Positions 1-9,067 of a DNA stretch of 64,000 nucleotides are shown here, piece by piece. The stretch lies in assembly GCA_036677065.1 (NCBI GenBank), contig JAKFBS010000002.1, positions 64,001 to 128,000 on the forward strand, written 5' to 3'. The DNA is from Bdellovibrio sp. GTDB taxonomy: Bacteria; Bdellovibrionota; Bdellovibrionia; Bdellovibrionales; Bdellovibrionaceae. The notes beneath the pieces were generated by a model. It was given only the letters and a program-made list of their open reading frames with translations. It was not told where the DNA came from and ran no database searches. Numbering within the stretch: the stretch's first letter is position 1; each line of letters starts with the position of its first letter. The position numbers and the translations under genes are program-made.

Positions 1-538
1 TCATGTTTTACGTACCCACACTTCTCCAATTCAAATTCACTCATTAGAGAATGAAAAACCGCCGTTACGTATTATTGGTACTGGGCCGGTATTTCGTTGT
101 GACAGTGATATTTCACATCTTCCGAACTTTCATCAAATTGAAGGTATGTGTATCGATAAAAAAATCTCGATGGCTGATCTTAAAGGAACAATCTCGTTTT
201 TCGTGCGTGAATTCTTCGGCCCGGGTTTAAAAACTCGTTTTCGCCCAAGCTTTTTTCCATTCACAGAGCCTTCAGCTGAAGTAGATTGTTCGTGCCCGAT
301 TTGTAAAAGCAAAGGGTGTTCTCTTTGCAAACAAACTGGCTGGATTGAAATTGGTGGTTGCGGATTAATTAATCCTAAAGTTTTTGAACATGCGAAGGTT
401 CCATATCCAGAATGGCAAGGTTTTGCGTTCGGTTTTGGTGTTGAGCGTATGGCGATTATTAAATACGGCGTAGATGATATTCGCCATTTTCCTAAAAACG
501 ATGTCCGCTTCTTGAAGCAGTTTTCGGCGGGAGTGTAA
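1..538 (+). CDS. pheS: Phenylalanine-tRNA ligase alpha subunit, 5'-truncated by the window edge
   Basis: Frame open from base 2: LRTHTSP...[28 protein letters not shown]; CxC/CxxC insert; directly upstream of pheT. Confidence 0.98.
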   Translation, partial: HVLRTHTSPIQIHSLENEKPPLRIIGTGPVFRCDSDISHLPNFHQIEGMCIDKKISMADLKGTISFFVREFFGPGLKTRFRPSFFPFTEPSAEVDCSCPICKSKGCSLCKQTGWIEIGGCGLINPKVFEHAKVPYPEWQGFAFGFGVERMAIIKYGVDDIRHFPKNDVRFLKQFSAGV

Positions 539-539
539 T

Positions 540-2984
540 ATGAAAATTTCATTACAATGGTTAAATGATTTCGTCGACGTCACTGAATTTTACCAAGACA
601 CGCAAAAATTAGCCGATCTTTTAACTCGTGCAGGTCTTGAAGTTGAAGACATTCAAAATAAAGCCAAAGATTTTCAAAACGTAGTGATCGGTCATATCCT
701 TGAAAAAGGAAAACATCCAAATGCGGATAAGTTATCACTATGCCAGGTTGAAATTGCTCCAGGCAAAGTTGAGCAAATCGTTTGTGGAGCGCAAAATCAC
801 AAACAAGGCGATAAAGTAATTGTAGCTTTAGCAGGTGCTGTACTTCCTGGAAACTTCGCGATTAAAAAAGCAAAAGTTCGCGATGTAGAATCAAACGGAA
901 TGCTTTGTTCTTATAAAGAACTAGGTCTTGCGACTGAGTCTGAAGGTATTGCTATCTTAGATCCTAAAGCACCAGTAGGTCAGTCATTTGCTGAATTTGG
1001 TGGATATGACGATATCGTTTTTGAATTAAAAGTTACGCCGAACCGTGCAGATTGTTTATCTCACTATGGATTAGCTCGTGAAATTGGTTGTTTATTAAAT
1101 AAACCCGTTAAAAATCCCGAAGTGCAAAAGAAGTTTTCTGCGGATTCAACAAAATCTAAAATTAAACTTTCTGTAGATAATTCTGAATTATGCCCGCGTT
1201 ACTGTGGTCGCTATATCACTGGCGTAAAAATCGGCGATAGTCCTGCATGGCTTAAACGTCGTTTAGAAGCGATCGGTATGAACTCGATCAATAATGTAGT
1301 TGATGTTACAAATTATGTAATGCTTGAGATGGGTCAGCCGTTACATGCATTTGATGCTGGCCTTATCGGTGGTCAAACGATCAAGATCAGAAATGCAGCG
1401 CCTGGTGAAAAATTTAAAACTTTAAAAGATCAAGATGTGACTTTTAAAGGTGATGAACTATTGATTACTGACAGCAATGGCGCAGTGGCATTAGCTGGTG
1501 TTATCGGCGGCTTAAACTCTGGCGTGAGTTCGATCACGCAAAATATTTTCTTAGAAGCTGCAAACTTTAAAGCCATGTCTGTACGAAAATCATCTCGTCA
1601 GCATGGGATTGAAACTGATTCTGCATACCGTTTTTCTCGCGGCGTTGATCCAAGTCAAACGCATGAAATTATGGATCGCGCGGTGAATTTAATTCTGCAA
1701 GTCGCGGGTGGTGAAGCTTTAGGTGATCATTATGACATCTACCCAAAACCAGTGACTAAATCTCCTGTGAAAATTAAAGTTCAAACTATTTCTGACCGTC
1801 TTGGTTACCAAGCTGATGCAAAATTATTTGAACAGTATATGAATGGTCTACACTGTAAAGTAGATCGTCTTAACGAAGGTGAATACAGTATTACTCCACC
1901 ATTGTTTAGATTTGATTTAGAGCATGATATGGATCTAGTTGAAGAGTATGCTCGCTTAAAAGGTTATGAGCATATCACTGAAACTCTTCCTTCGTTTGCC
2001 GCAGAACCTGCAAAGCACGATGAAAAATACACAAGCAATCATAAGCTATCGTTATTTTTACGTGGTGAAGGTTATGACCAAGCGTTTAACTATGCTTTCT
2101 TAAGTGAAAATGAAGAAAACAAATGGATCACAAACGCCGATATCTTTAATAAATTAGGTCTAACGATGGATCCGCAAGCCATTAAATTGCGTAATCCATT
2201 AAGCGAAGATCTAAATGTGATGCGCAGATCAATGGTTTACCCAGTATGGAAAAATATTCGCGAGAATTTTCACGCGGGTAACATGAATGGTAAACTTTTT
2301 GAAATCGGTTCAACTTTTACTAAAGTCACTGATTCGGTTCGTCCAGAAGTCGCTTATAAAGAAACAAGAAAACTAATTATTTCGGCTTGGGGTGAAGATT
2401 TTGGTCTTTATTCTAAAAATTATCCATTGGTTTATAAATTAAAATCTACCCTAGAGAGCTTATTTCAAAATTTACAAATCTCAGCCTACACAGTGGCACC
2501 TATTGGTGATGCGCCAGCGTACTTACACAAAGGCCAGTGGGCTGCAATTAATGTTGAAGGTAAAGCGGTCGGTTACATCGGGTCAGTTCATCCAGTTATT
2601 TTAGCTGATGAAAAAATTCGTGTACCAGTTTGTTTTGCTGAAATTAATTTAGATTTATTATTAGCTGGTCAGCCTCGTCCAACAAAATTTAAATCGGTAT
2701 CGGCATTTCAGCCGGTCGATCGTGATTTTGCGTTCGTGATGGAGTCAGCTAAAATGGTTGGGGATCTAACCAAAGAAGTCAAAAAATCAGTGGGAGCGAA
2801 TCTTCAAAGTATGACGGTTTTTGACGTCTACGAAGGGGATAAATTGCCTGCAGGACAGAAATCAGTGGCGTTACGTGTGCGTTTACATTCACAAGATCAA
2901 GCCCTTACAGAGGCGATGATCACTGAAATTACGCAAAAAGTGGTAACTGCTGCACAGAAATCTGTTGGAGCTAACTTAAGATAG
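540..2984 (+). CDS. pheT: Phenylalanine-tRNA ligase beta subunit
   Basis: 814 aa; HPNADKL, IVCGAQN, TPNRADCLS, FDVYEG...KSVA motifs. Confidence 0.98.
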   Translation: MKISLQWLNDFVDVTEFYQDTQKLADLLTRAGLEVEDIQNKAKDFQNVVIGHILEKGKHPNADKLSLCQVEIAPGKVEQIVCGAQNHKQGDKVIVALAGAVLPGNFAIKKAKVRDVESNGMLCSYKELGLATESEGIAILDPKAPVGQSFAEFGGYDDIVFELKVTPNRADCLSHYGLAREIGCLLNKPVKNPEVQKKFSADSTKSKIKLSVDNSELCPRYCGRYITGVKIGDSPAWLKRRLEAIGMNSINNVVDVTNYVMLEMGQPLHAFDAGLIGGQTIKIRNAAPGEKFKTLKDQDVTFKGDELLITDSNGAVALAGVIGGLNSGVSSITQNIFLEAANFKAMSVRKSSRQHGIETDSAYRFSRGVDPSQTHEIMDRAVNLILQVAGGEALGDHYDIYPKPVTKSPVKIKVQTISDRLGYQADAKLFEQYMNGLHCKVDRLNEGEYSITPPLFRFDLEHDMDLVEEYARLKGYEHITETLPSFAAEPAKHDEKYTSNHKLSLFLRGEGYDQAFNYAFLSENEENKWITNADIFNKLGLTMDPQAIKLRNPLSEDLNVMRRSMVYPVWKNIRENFHAGNMNGKLFEIGSTFTKVTDSVRPEVAYKETRKLIISAWGEDFGLYSKNYPLVYKLKSTLESLFQNLQISAYTVAPIGDAPAYLHKGQWAAINVEGKAVGYIGSVHPVILADEKIRVPVCFAEINLDLLLAGQPRPTKFKSVSAFQPVDRDFAFVMESAKMVGDLTKEVKKSVGANLQSMTVFDVYEGDKLPAGQKSVALRVRLHSQDQALTEAMITEITQKVVTAAQKSVGANLR

Positions 2985-2999
2985 GGATAGGATTAAAAT

Positions 3000-3353
3000 A
3001 TGGCAGGACAAAACATCGGAAATTCAACAGTCACGAAAGCTGATATCGTTGAAAAAGTTTATGAGAAAATTGGTTTTTCTAAAAAAGAAGCCAGTGAACT
3101 TGTTGAGCTTGTTTTTAATTCGCTGAAAGATACTTTACACAGCGGTGAAAAAGTTAAAATCTCAGGATTTGGTAACTTTGTTGTTCGCGGTAAAAGCGAG
3201 CGCAACGGACGTAATCCACAAACTGGTGAGCAAATAAAAATTTCTGCTCGTCGAGTTTTAACTTTCAGACCGAGCCAAGTGCTAAAAGCCATGCTGAATG
3301 GTGAAGAGTACGAACATCTGATCGGTAAAGAAGACGAGGAAGATGATGAATAG
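3000..3353 (+). CDS. ihfA: Integration host factor alpha subunit with acidic C-terminal tail
   Basis: VKISGFGNF, GRNPQTGE, RRVLTFRPS; conserved position after pheT. Confidence 0.93.
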   Translation: MAGQNIGNSTVTKADIVEKVYEKIGFSKKEASELVELVFNSLKDTLHSGEKVKISGFGNFVVRGKSERNGRNPQTGEQIKISARRVLTFRPSQVLKAMLNGEEYEHLIGKEDEEDDE

Positions 3354-3972
3354 TAATAATAACGAAAATAATCCTTCAGGTGGTAATAAACCTGAAGATC
3401 AAAAAACATCGGGTGCTCATTACGAAGTTTTTCAAACTGAATTTGAGCTACAGCTCGAAGATAATTTTTTATCTGAAGAAGAAACCGCAGCTCCAACAGA
3501 AGTTGAAAAAAGTAAAGAAGCCTTAGAAACGCAAAGAAATCTGAAATCAGATTCTGAAGCTTTTCCAAGTGTTTTAGTAGATGACCAGCTGATGCAAGAA
3601 ATTGCTTCGATCCCAGATCGTTTCGGTTTTAAAATTGGTGATGTTGCAGATCTTTTAGGAATCAAACAGTATGTTCTTCGTTATTGGGAGCAAGAGTTTG
3701 AATTATTAAAACCTAAAAAAGCTTCGAACAACCAACGTTTTTACACGAAAAAAGATGTCGAAAACGCGTTCTTAATTCGTAAACTTTTATACCGCGATAA
3801 GTTCTCGATAGAAGGGGCTCGCCAGGCCTTAAAAGATGTAAAATTCGTCGTTAAAAAAGAAAAAGACAAAGAAAAGGATTTTTCTTCGGTTATTCAAAAG
3901 ATGGATTTTGTACAGGATCAGATCAGAAATTTCGTCTCTGAAATCAGAAAAACTAAGAATTTCTTCAATTAG
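3343..3972 (+). CDS. MerR-family HTH regulator (the type that follows ihfA) with a long N-terminal extension
   Basis: FKIGDVADLLGIKQYVLRYWEQEF...NNQRFY...IRKLLYRDKFSIEGA; pheT-ihfA-merR synteny; start 3343 or 3346. Confidence 0.9.
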   Translation: MMNSNNNENNPSGGNKPEDQKTSGAHYEVFQTEFELQLEDNFLSEEETAAPTEVEKSKEALETQRNLKSDSEAFPSVLVDDQLMQEIASIPDRFGFKIGDVADLLGIKQYVLRYWEQEFELLKPKKASNNQRFYTKKDVENAFLIRKLLYRDKFSIEGARQALKDVKFVVKKEKDKEKDFSSVIQKMDFVQDQIRNFVSEIRKTKNFFN

Positions 3973-4010
3973 CTTGTTATTTTTAGAGGGGGGGCTTATC
4001 ACAGTCCTCT

Positions 4011-5399
4011 ATGAAAAATGACCAACCTAATGCTCTCGCGCTACAAACTGCTACGACTAAACTATTTTCTGATTTAGACCTTATTGAGCCACTTCAACGT
4101 GCGCTTCGTGACCTTAACTACGAAAACCCAACTCCTATCCAAGAACAAGCTATTCCCATCCTATTAGCCGGTAAAGACTTATTAGGCTGTGCTCAAACAG
4201 GTACGGGTAAGACAGCTGCTTTTGCTTTACCGTTACTGCAAAACTTAGCTAAATCTAAAAACCGCCCAGGTCGTCGCCAAGCTTTAGTGCTGGTGTTAGC
4301 ACCTACGCGTGAATTAGCGCTTCAGATCCACCAAAGTTTTGAAGAATATGGTCGTTACTTAGATTTAAAAACTGCTGTAATTTTTGGTGGTGTTGGTCAA
4401 GGCCCGCAAGTTAAAGCCTTATCAAATGGCGTAGACGTGTTAGTGGCGACTCCGGGCCGTTTATTTGACCTATTAGAGCAAAAGCATGTGTATTTAGATA
4501 AAGTGCAGGCTTTCGTATTAGATGAAGCTGATCGCATGATGGATATGGGTTTTATTAACGATATCCAAAAAATTCTTAAGATCTTACCTAAGCAACGTCA
4601 TAACTTATTTTTCTCGGCAACGATGCCAGCCGATATTTCTAAATTAGCGAATAACATTTTAGTTAATCCGGTACGCGTTGAAGTGACTCCGGTAGCGACA
4701 ACAGCTGAAAAAATTGAACAGTGGTTGATGTATGTAGATAAACCGCAAAAACGCGACTTATTAAAACACTTATTAGATGATAAGGCTTTTAAACGCGTGA
4801 TCGTATTCACTCGTACTAAACACGGAGCTAATAAGGTTGCTGAAGTTTTACTTAAATATAAAATCACATCTGCAGCGATTCACGGGAATAAATCTCAAAA
4901 CGCCCGTCAAAGAGCTTTAGAAGATTTTAGATCTGGTCACTGCCGTGTTTTAATCGCTACTGACATCGCAGCTCGTGGTATCGACGTTGATGATATTACT
5001 CACGTGATTAATTTTGAAATTCCGAATGTTCCTGAAAACTATGTTCACCGTATTGGTCGTACTGCTCGTGCTGGACGCGAAGGTATCGCTATTTCTTTCT
5101 GTGATGCTGAAGAAAAATCTTTCATTCGTGATATCGAAAAAACGATGGGAAAAACTATTCCTGTTGTGACTAAGCAGCCTTTTCATTCTAAAGCTGTTGA
5201 ACTTGCGGCTTTAATGTCGCCGGGTAAAGCGAAAGCTAAACTTGAAGCTGGTGAACGCAGTTCTCGCGGTGGTGGTGGAAACCGTCAACGTCGCGGCGGT
5301 GGCGGCGGTCAACGCCGTAGCGGCAGTGGTGGTGGGGGCGGATCTGGCGGTCCGCGCACTGGGTTTCGTGGAAATTCGGGACAATCACGGTCGAACTAA
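4011..5399 (+). CDS. rhlE: DEAD-box RNA helicase, RhlE-like, with Gly/Arg-rich tail
   Basis: Q motif, AQTGTGKT, PTRELA, DEAD, SAT, HGNKSQ, HRIGRTAR. Confidence 0.9.
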   Translation: MKNDQPNALALQTATTKLFSDLDLIEPLQRALRDLNYENPTPIQEQAIPILLAGKDLLGCAQTGTGKTAAFALPLLQNLAKSKNRPGRRQALVLVLAPTRELALQIHQSFEEYGRYLDLKTAVIFGGVGQGPQVKALSNGVDVLVATPGRLFDLLEQKHVYLDKVQAFVLDEADRMMDMGFINDIQKILKILPKQRHNLFFSATMPADISKLANNILVNPVRVEVTPVATTAEKIEQWLMYVDKPQKRDLLKHLLDDKAFKRVIVFTRTKHGANKVAEVLLKYKITSAAIHGNKSQNARQRALEDFRSGHCRVLIATDIAARGIDVDDITHVINFEIPNVPENYVHRIGRTARAGREGIAISFCDAEEKSFIRDIEKTMGKTIPVVTKQPFHSKAVELAALMSPGKAKAKLEAGERSSRGGGGNRQRRGGGGGQRRSGSGGGGGSGGPRTGFRGNSGQSRSN

Positions 5400-5507
5400 C
5401 AGTCCAATTCTGGATGCAAGTAAAGCATCACAGATAATTTCAGAAATTCTGCAGCGAATAGAGTAAAAGTACTAGTCTATCTAAAAAACTTTGGATAGGC
5501 TTTACTG

Positions 5508-6527
5508 ATGAAGACACTTATCTCCCTTTTATTTGTTTCTTTATTTGTTCAATCTACCTATGCACGTAACTGGGATAGAGTCCAAATTCCCGGCGCCGTT
5601 TGCGGCGATGGGCTTCCTTATACGGTCTTTGTTGATCCAAAAGCTAATTCAAAAAATCTACTGGTTGAGTTTATGGGTGGCGGCGTTTGCTGGGATTTTG
5701 ATACTTGTTATGGCGTAGATTTTAGCGGAATCAATTTCAGAACTTGGATGCACCCCTTAGTAGAAGTGCCGTTTTATAGCTATATGACGAGCGATATGTG
5801 GTTGGTTTCAGATCATCCATTTGTAAAAGATTCGGCGATTTATTTGCCGTATTGCACAGGTGATGTGTTTTCAGCGGATCACCAAGCTAACTATTCTGGA
5901 GTTCCTGCCAACCACCAGGGTTACCGAAATATTTTAATGACGTTTGCTTATCTGAAACAAAAAAACATGATCAATTTTAGTAAAATCGAGCGCTTAACAG
6001 TTTGGGGTGCGTCAGCTGGTGGTATCGGTGCTTTTGTTCATTTAAGAAATATTGAGCCGTATTTTCCGAAAGCTAATAAAATTGCTATCATCGATAGCGC
6101 TGGCCTGCATTTCGGAAAAAACTTCTGGCACAAGTTCACGCCGCGTTTATTCAGTGATTTCTCAAAGGCCTTTGCCGAAGCCGGAGTACAGTTAAACTAT
6201 AATGATGGTTTTATCGCCCAGCATATGGGGCCAGTTTTAAATAACTTAAAACAATGGACGATTGGCATTATGCAATCAACTCGAGACGGCGTTATGTCGA
6301 CGGCATTCGGAGATATTTCGCCAGAGAATCATCGTCAGCTTGTTTTGTCTAATCGTGGAATAGCTGCTGTAGCGCGGCCTTATCCAAATACAAGTGTTTG
6401 GATTGCAGATTCGGATCAACACACGTTTTTATTGCTTCCAACGACTGCAGAAGCGCAGGATATACACAACCAATCTGCAATTAATTTCGTGAATTACATC
6501 GTACAAAAAGCCACTGTTTTAAAATAG
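5508..6527 (+). CDS. Secreted pectinacetylesterase/Notum-family alpha/beta hydrolase
   Basis: Signal peptide; CGDG, GGGVCW, YLPYCTGD, GASAGG nucleophile elbow, DSAG, late His (DQHTF). Confidence 0.8.
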   Translation: MKTLISLLFVSLFVQSTYARNWDRVQIPGAVCGDGLPYTVFVDPKANSKNLLVEFMGGGVCWDFDTCYGVDFSGINFRTWMHPLVEVPFYSYMTSDMWLVSDHPFVKDSAIYLPYCTGDVFSADHQANYSGVPANHQGYRNILMTFAYLKQKNMINFSKIERLTVWGASAGGIGAFVHLRNIEPYFPKANKIAIIDSAGLHFGKNFWHKFTPRLFSDFSKAFAEAGVQLNYNDGFIAQHMGPVLNNLKQWTIGIMQSTRDGVMSTAFGDISPENHRQLVLSNRGIAAVARPYPNTSVWIADSDQHTFLLLPTTAEAQDIHNQSAINFVNYIVQKATVLK

Positions 6528-6540
6528 TGGCCAAATTTAA

Positions 6541-7821
6541 TTACAATCCGCCAACGTTAACCAGGTAAGACTCTTTACCTAAAACGCTTTCCATTTTTTT
6601 AAGAATCGTCATCCACTGAAAATTACGGTTATCAGTGCCGACCAGATAGTTTAAAAACTCTTTTAGCACCAAGGGTGAAGTGTGAAAGTACGACGATAGA
6701 CCGTTAGTGACCACATCGATATTAGTTTTCGTCTTGTAAGCATTAAAGTGATCAAGGTAATACGAATAGCTTGAGCACGAATCAAAGTAGTAGATCTGTT
6801 TTTTATTCGGAAAAACGAATTTGCCGGCTTTTCTTTCAAGGTCTGGAATATTAAGGTTTCCACCAAGGCCTGAGTGGCCTTCATAGATAATCGCATCGGC
6901 AACGGCTACCGCTTGTTTGAAGAATTCAGCAAAAACTTTAGATTTTGATTCGATCGCGGTTTCAACTAATAGACTTTTAATTTCGATTCTGATCGTTTCG
7001 CCAGACGATAAAACGACAGTTTTTTTATAAAGGTTTAAAGGGTAGGGCGTATTTTTTTTGAGACGCTCAACAGAAAAACCCTTATCCATTAAATAGTCAT
7101 GAGCATCTTGGTAATTAATGCGGCCATCATCTTCAGGATCTTTTTTGTCTTCAGAAAATCCGTGTATTAAATAAATAGAAAATAAATCGCCATTGCCGTT
7201 ATCGCCACGAAGCAAAGGCAACTCAGCCGAACGTTGAATATTGCGGGTTCTTGATTTTTTCACCTGAATAACTATGTTTTGCGCTAAAGGGTCTTGTGAT
7301 AAGCGTTCACAGCCTTCGCGGTATGGGTCATAGAAATACCAAAAATCACCAAAGGTGTCGTAGTGTGAATCGGTGCATTTTTTGCGGTAAATTTTAAATG
7401 GGTTTGTCGGCAGCGGAACATTAAAGTGGCCTTTGGCTAACACCTTTTCTGCAGCATTATTATGAAGAATCATTTGGCCTGAATTTTTATAGTGAACCCG
7501 CACAAATGACTGTTGGTTTTTTTGAAAGACTTCTTCGGCTAAGATTAGAATTTCTGATTGTGATTTTGGGCCGCCGATACCGTGAATGTTGTTCGAGTTA
7601 ATACCCATGCGTTCGATGACTGTCGGAGAGCTGAAAATACCGAACATGTGCTGGGCTTGAAACTGGGCGGCCGTGATCGAATCGCTGAATGTTTCGTCCA
7701 GCGGTACTTCGACGATAGCTTCATAAGTGAAATCCACTTCAGTCGCATTCGGCGATAAGATCTGCGCCGATAATGAAACTGTGCTTGTTAAAATGAATAA
7801 GCATAGGCCCAGAAATTTCAT
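6541..7821 (-). CDS. Secreted protein; possible clan CD (caspase/gingipain-fold) cysteine peptidase
   Basis: Start moved to MKFLGL (7821), giving a signal peptide; IIYEGHSG and IYYFDSC motifs 33 residues apart. Confidence 0.6.
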   Translation of the reverse strand: MKFLGLCLFILTSTVSLSAQILSPNATEVDFTYEAIVEVPLDETFSDSITAAQFQAQHMFGIFSSPTVIERMGINSNNIHGIGGPKSQSEILILAEEVFQKNQQSFVRVHYKNSGQMILHNNAAEKVLAKGHFNVPLPTNPFKIYRKKCTDSHYDTFGDFWYFYDPYREGCERLSQDPLAQNIVIQVKKSRTRNIQRSAELPLLRGDNGNGDLFSIYLIHGFSEDKKDPEDDGRINYQDAHDYLMDKGFSVERLKKNTPYPLNLYKKTVVLSSGETIRIEIKSLLVETAIESKSKVFAEFFKQAVAVADAIIYEGHSGLGGNLNIPDLERKAGKFVFPNKKQIYYFDSCSSYSYYLDHFNAYKTKTNIDVVTNGLSSYFHTSPLVLKEFLNYLVGTDNRNFQWMTILKKMESVLGKESYLVNVGGL

Positions 7822-7822
7822 G

Positions 7823-8635
7823 TTACTTTTTACTCTCAACAGATTCTACGTTATTACCGCCGATAGACTTTAACGTGAGTTCACCGTCGCCATAGATTTC
7901 AGTAGCGACAAATAAATTGATTTGCGGGGCCGAGATAATCATGCCAGATGCGTTTTCACCCAAAGTAGTGATCGTGTTTTTTTCTGCAAGCACTAAGGTA
8001 TTAGAATCTAAGCGAATGCTGCCGGTGAACTTTTGCATAATGATCGATGCATTTTTCAACATGATATCGCTGGCTGTAATATTAAAACCGTAACTTAAAT
8101 TACTAATTTTGTGTTCGCCGCAGATAAAAACACGGCTAGCGCTTAAACTGATACTAACAGCTGCTAGGTCTACTTTATCTGAAATATCTGTTAAGCCAGC
8201 AATTTCAGATTCTGCCAATTCACAACCCAGATTGATATATGACTTTTCAGTTTCAGTTTGTTTCAAGATAGCCGTGGTTGAAGCAAGGTTTTCTGCGGTC
8301 ATTGTGCTTAGGTTTATTAAATTTTTCACAGTGACTGTGTCAGATCCGGATCTATTCAGGCCTGCAGTCTGAGAAATCGTAATACGAGAATCTATTTTTT
8401 CGCCGTCCAGAACAGCGACTCCGTTTAAAGCAATTCGCCCAGGCTGTCCACCATCGCTTAAAAATTCTAATTTAGTCGTAGAATCGCGTAAGATCTTATC
8501 CATGTCTTCTTGGCTTTGTCGGATGATATCAGCAATCTTTTTATCATGGTCTTCGCGAATTTGTGATTTGGTGCAACCAGATAATACGATGGCCGCTGTT
8601 GTTAATAACAATGAGATTGAAGTAAGTTTTTTCAT
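7823..8635 (-). CDS. Lipoprotein of unknown function
   Basis: MKK + hydrophobic stretch + LSGC lipobox; stop 1 nt before the next gene's start. Confidence 0.8.
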   Translation of the reverse strand: MKKLTSISLLLTTAAIVLSGCTKSQIREDHDKKIADIIRQSQEDMDKILRDSTTKLEFLSDGGQPGRIALNGVAVLDGEKIDSRITISQTAGLNRSGSDTVTVKNLINLSTMTAENLASTTAILKQTETEKSYINLGCELAESEIAGLTDISDKVDLAAVSISLSASRVFICGEHKISNLSYGFNITASDIMLKNASIIMQKFTGSIRLDSNTLVLAEKNTITTLGENASGMIISAPQINLFVATEIYGDGELTLKSIGGNNVESVESKK

Positions 8636-8728
8636 AGACTTGGTTATAACAAATCTAGCGCTAGATTGGGGAGTTATCTGCGAAGCTAGGTGATTCCTAT
8701 AGGTTCGTCAAAACTTTAGACACTTAGG

Positions 8729-9064
8729 TTACTGGGTTTTACTTTCTAAACGCGCAATACGTGCTTCAAGCTCTTTAATTTTATCGACCAAGGCTTGTTG
8801 GTATTTGATTTCGGCTTGGTCTAAATTCGGAGTCTGAGCATCGTTTATTTGGTCTGCTGCTTCGGCTAGTTTTGCAAGCTGGGTTTCCTGGATTTTTTTA
8901 AGTTGCTGAATTTGGGTTTGCATATTCAGTAACCCTTTTTTCATGTTGGCTATTTTTGGCGGAAATTCGCCAGTGACTAAGCAGTAGCTGGCAACGAACA
9001 TGATGGCTGCGAAAAGTAGGGTGACGATTAGTTTTTTCAGTACTTCAGAGAAGAATTTTTTCAT
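8729..9064 (-). CDS. Small membrane-anchored coiled-coil protein
   Basis: N-terminal TM segment, Q/K/E-rich helical C-terminus; 3 nt downstream of the ligase gene. Confidence 0.7.
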   Translation of the reverse strand: MKKFFSEVLKKLIVTLLFAAIMFVASYCLVTGEFPPKIANMKKGLLNMQTQIQQLKKIQETQLAKLAEAADQINDAQTPNLDQAEIKYQQALVDKIKELEARIARLESKTQ

Positions 9065-9067
9065 GAG

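Noticed and set aside
3973..4010. tRNA-Pro, which often follows pheT-ihfA-merR
   Set aside because: The gap is only 38 nt, with no cloverleaf or T-loop
5260..5399. GC-rich GGT/GGC stretch as an inserted element
   Set aside because: Explained by the Gly/Arg-rich tail typical of DEAD-box helicases
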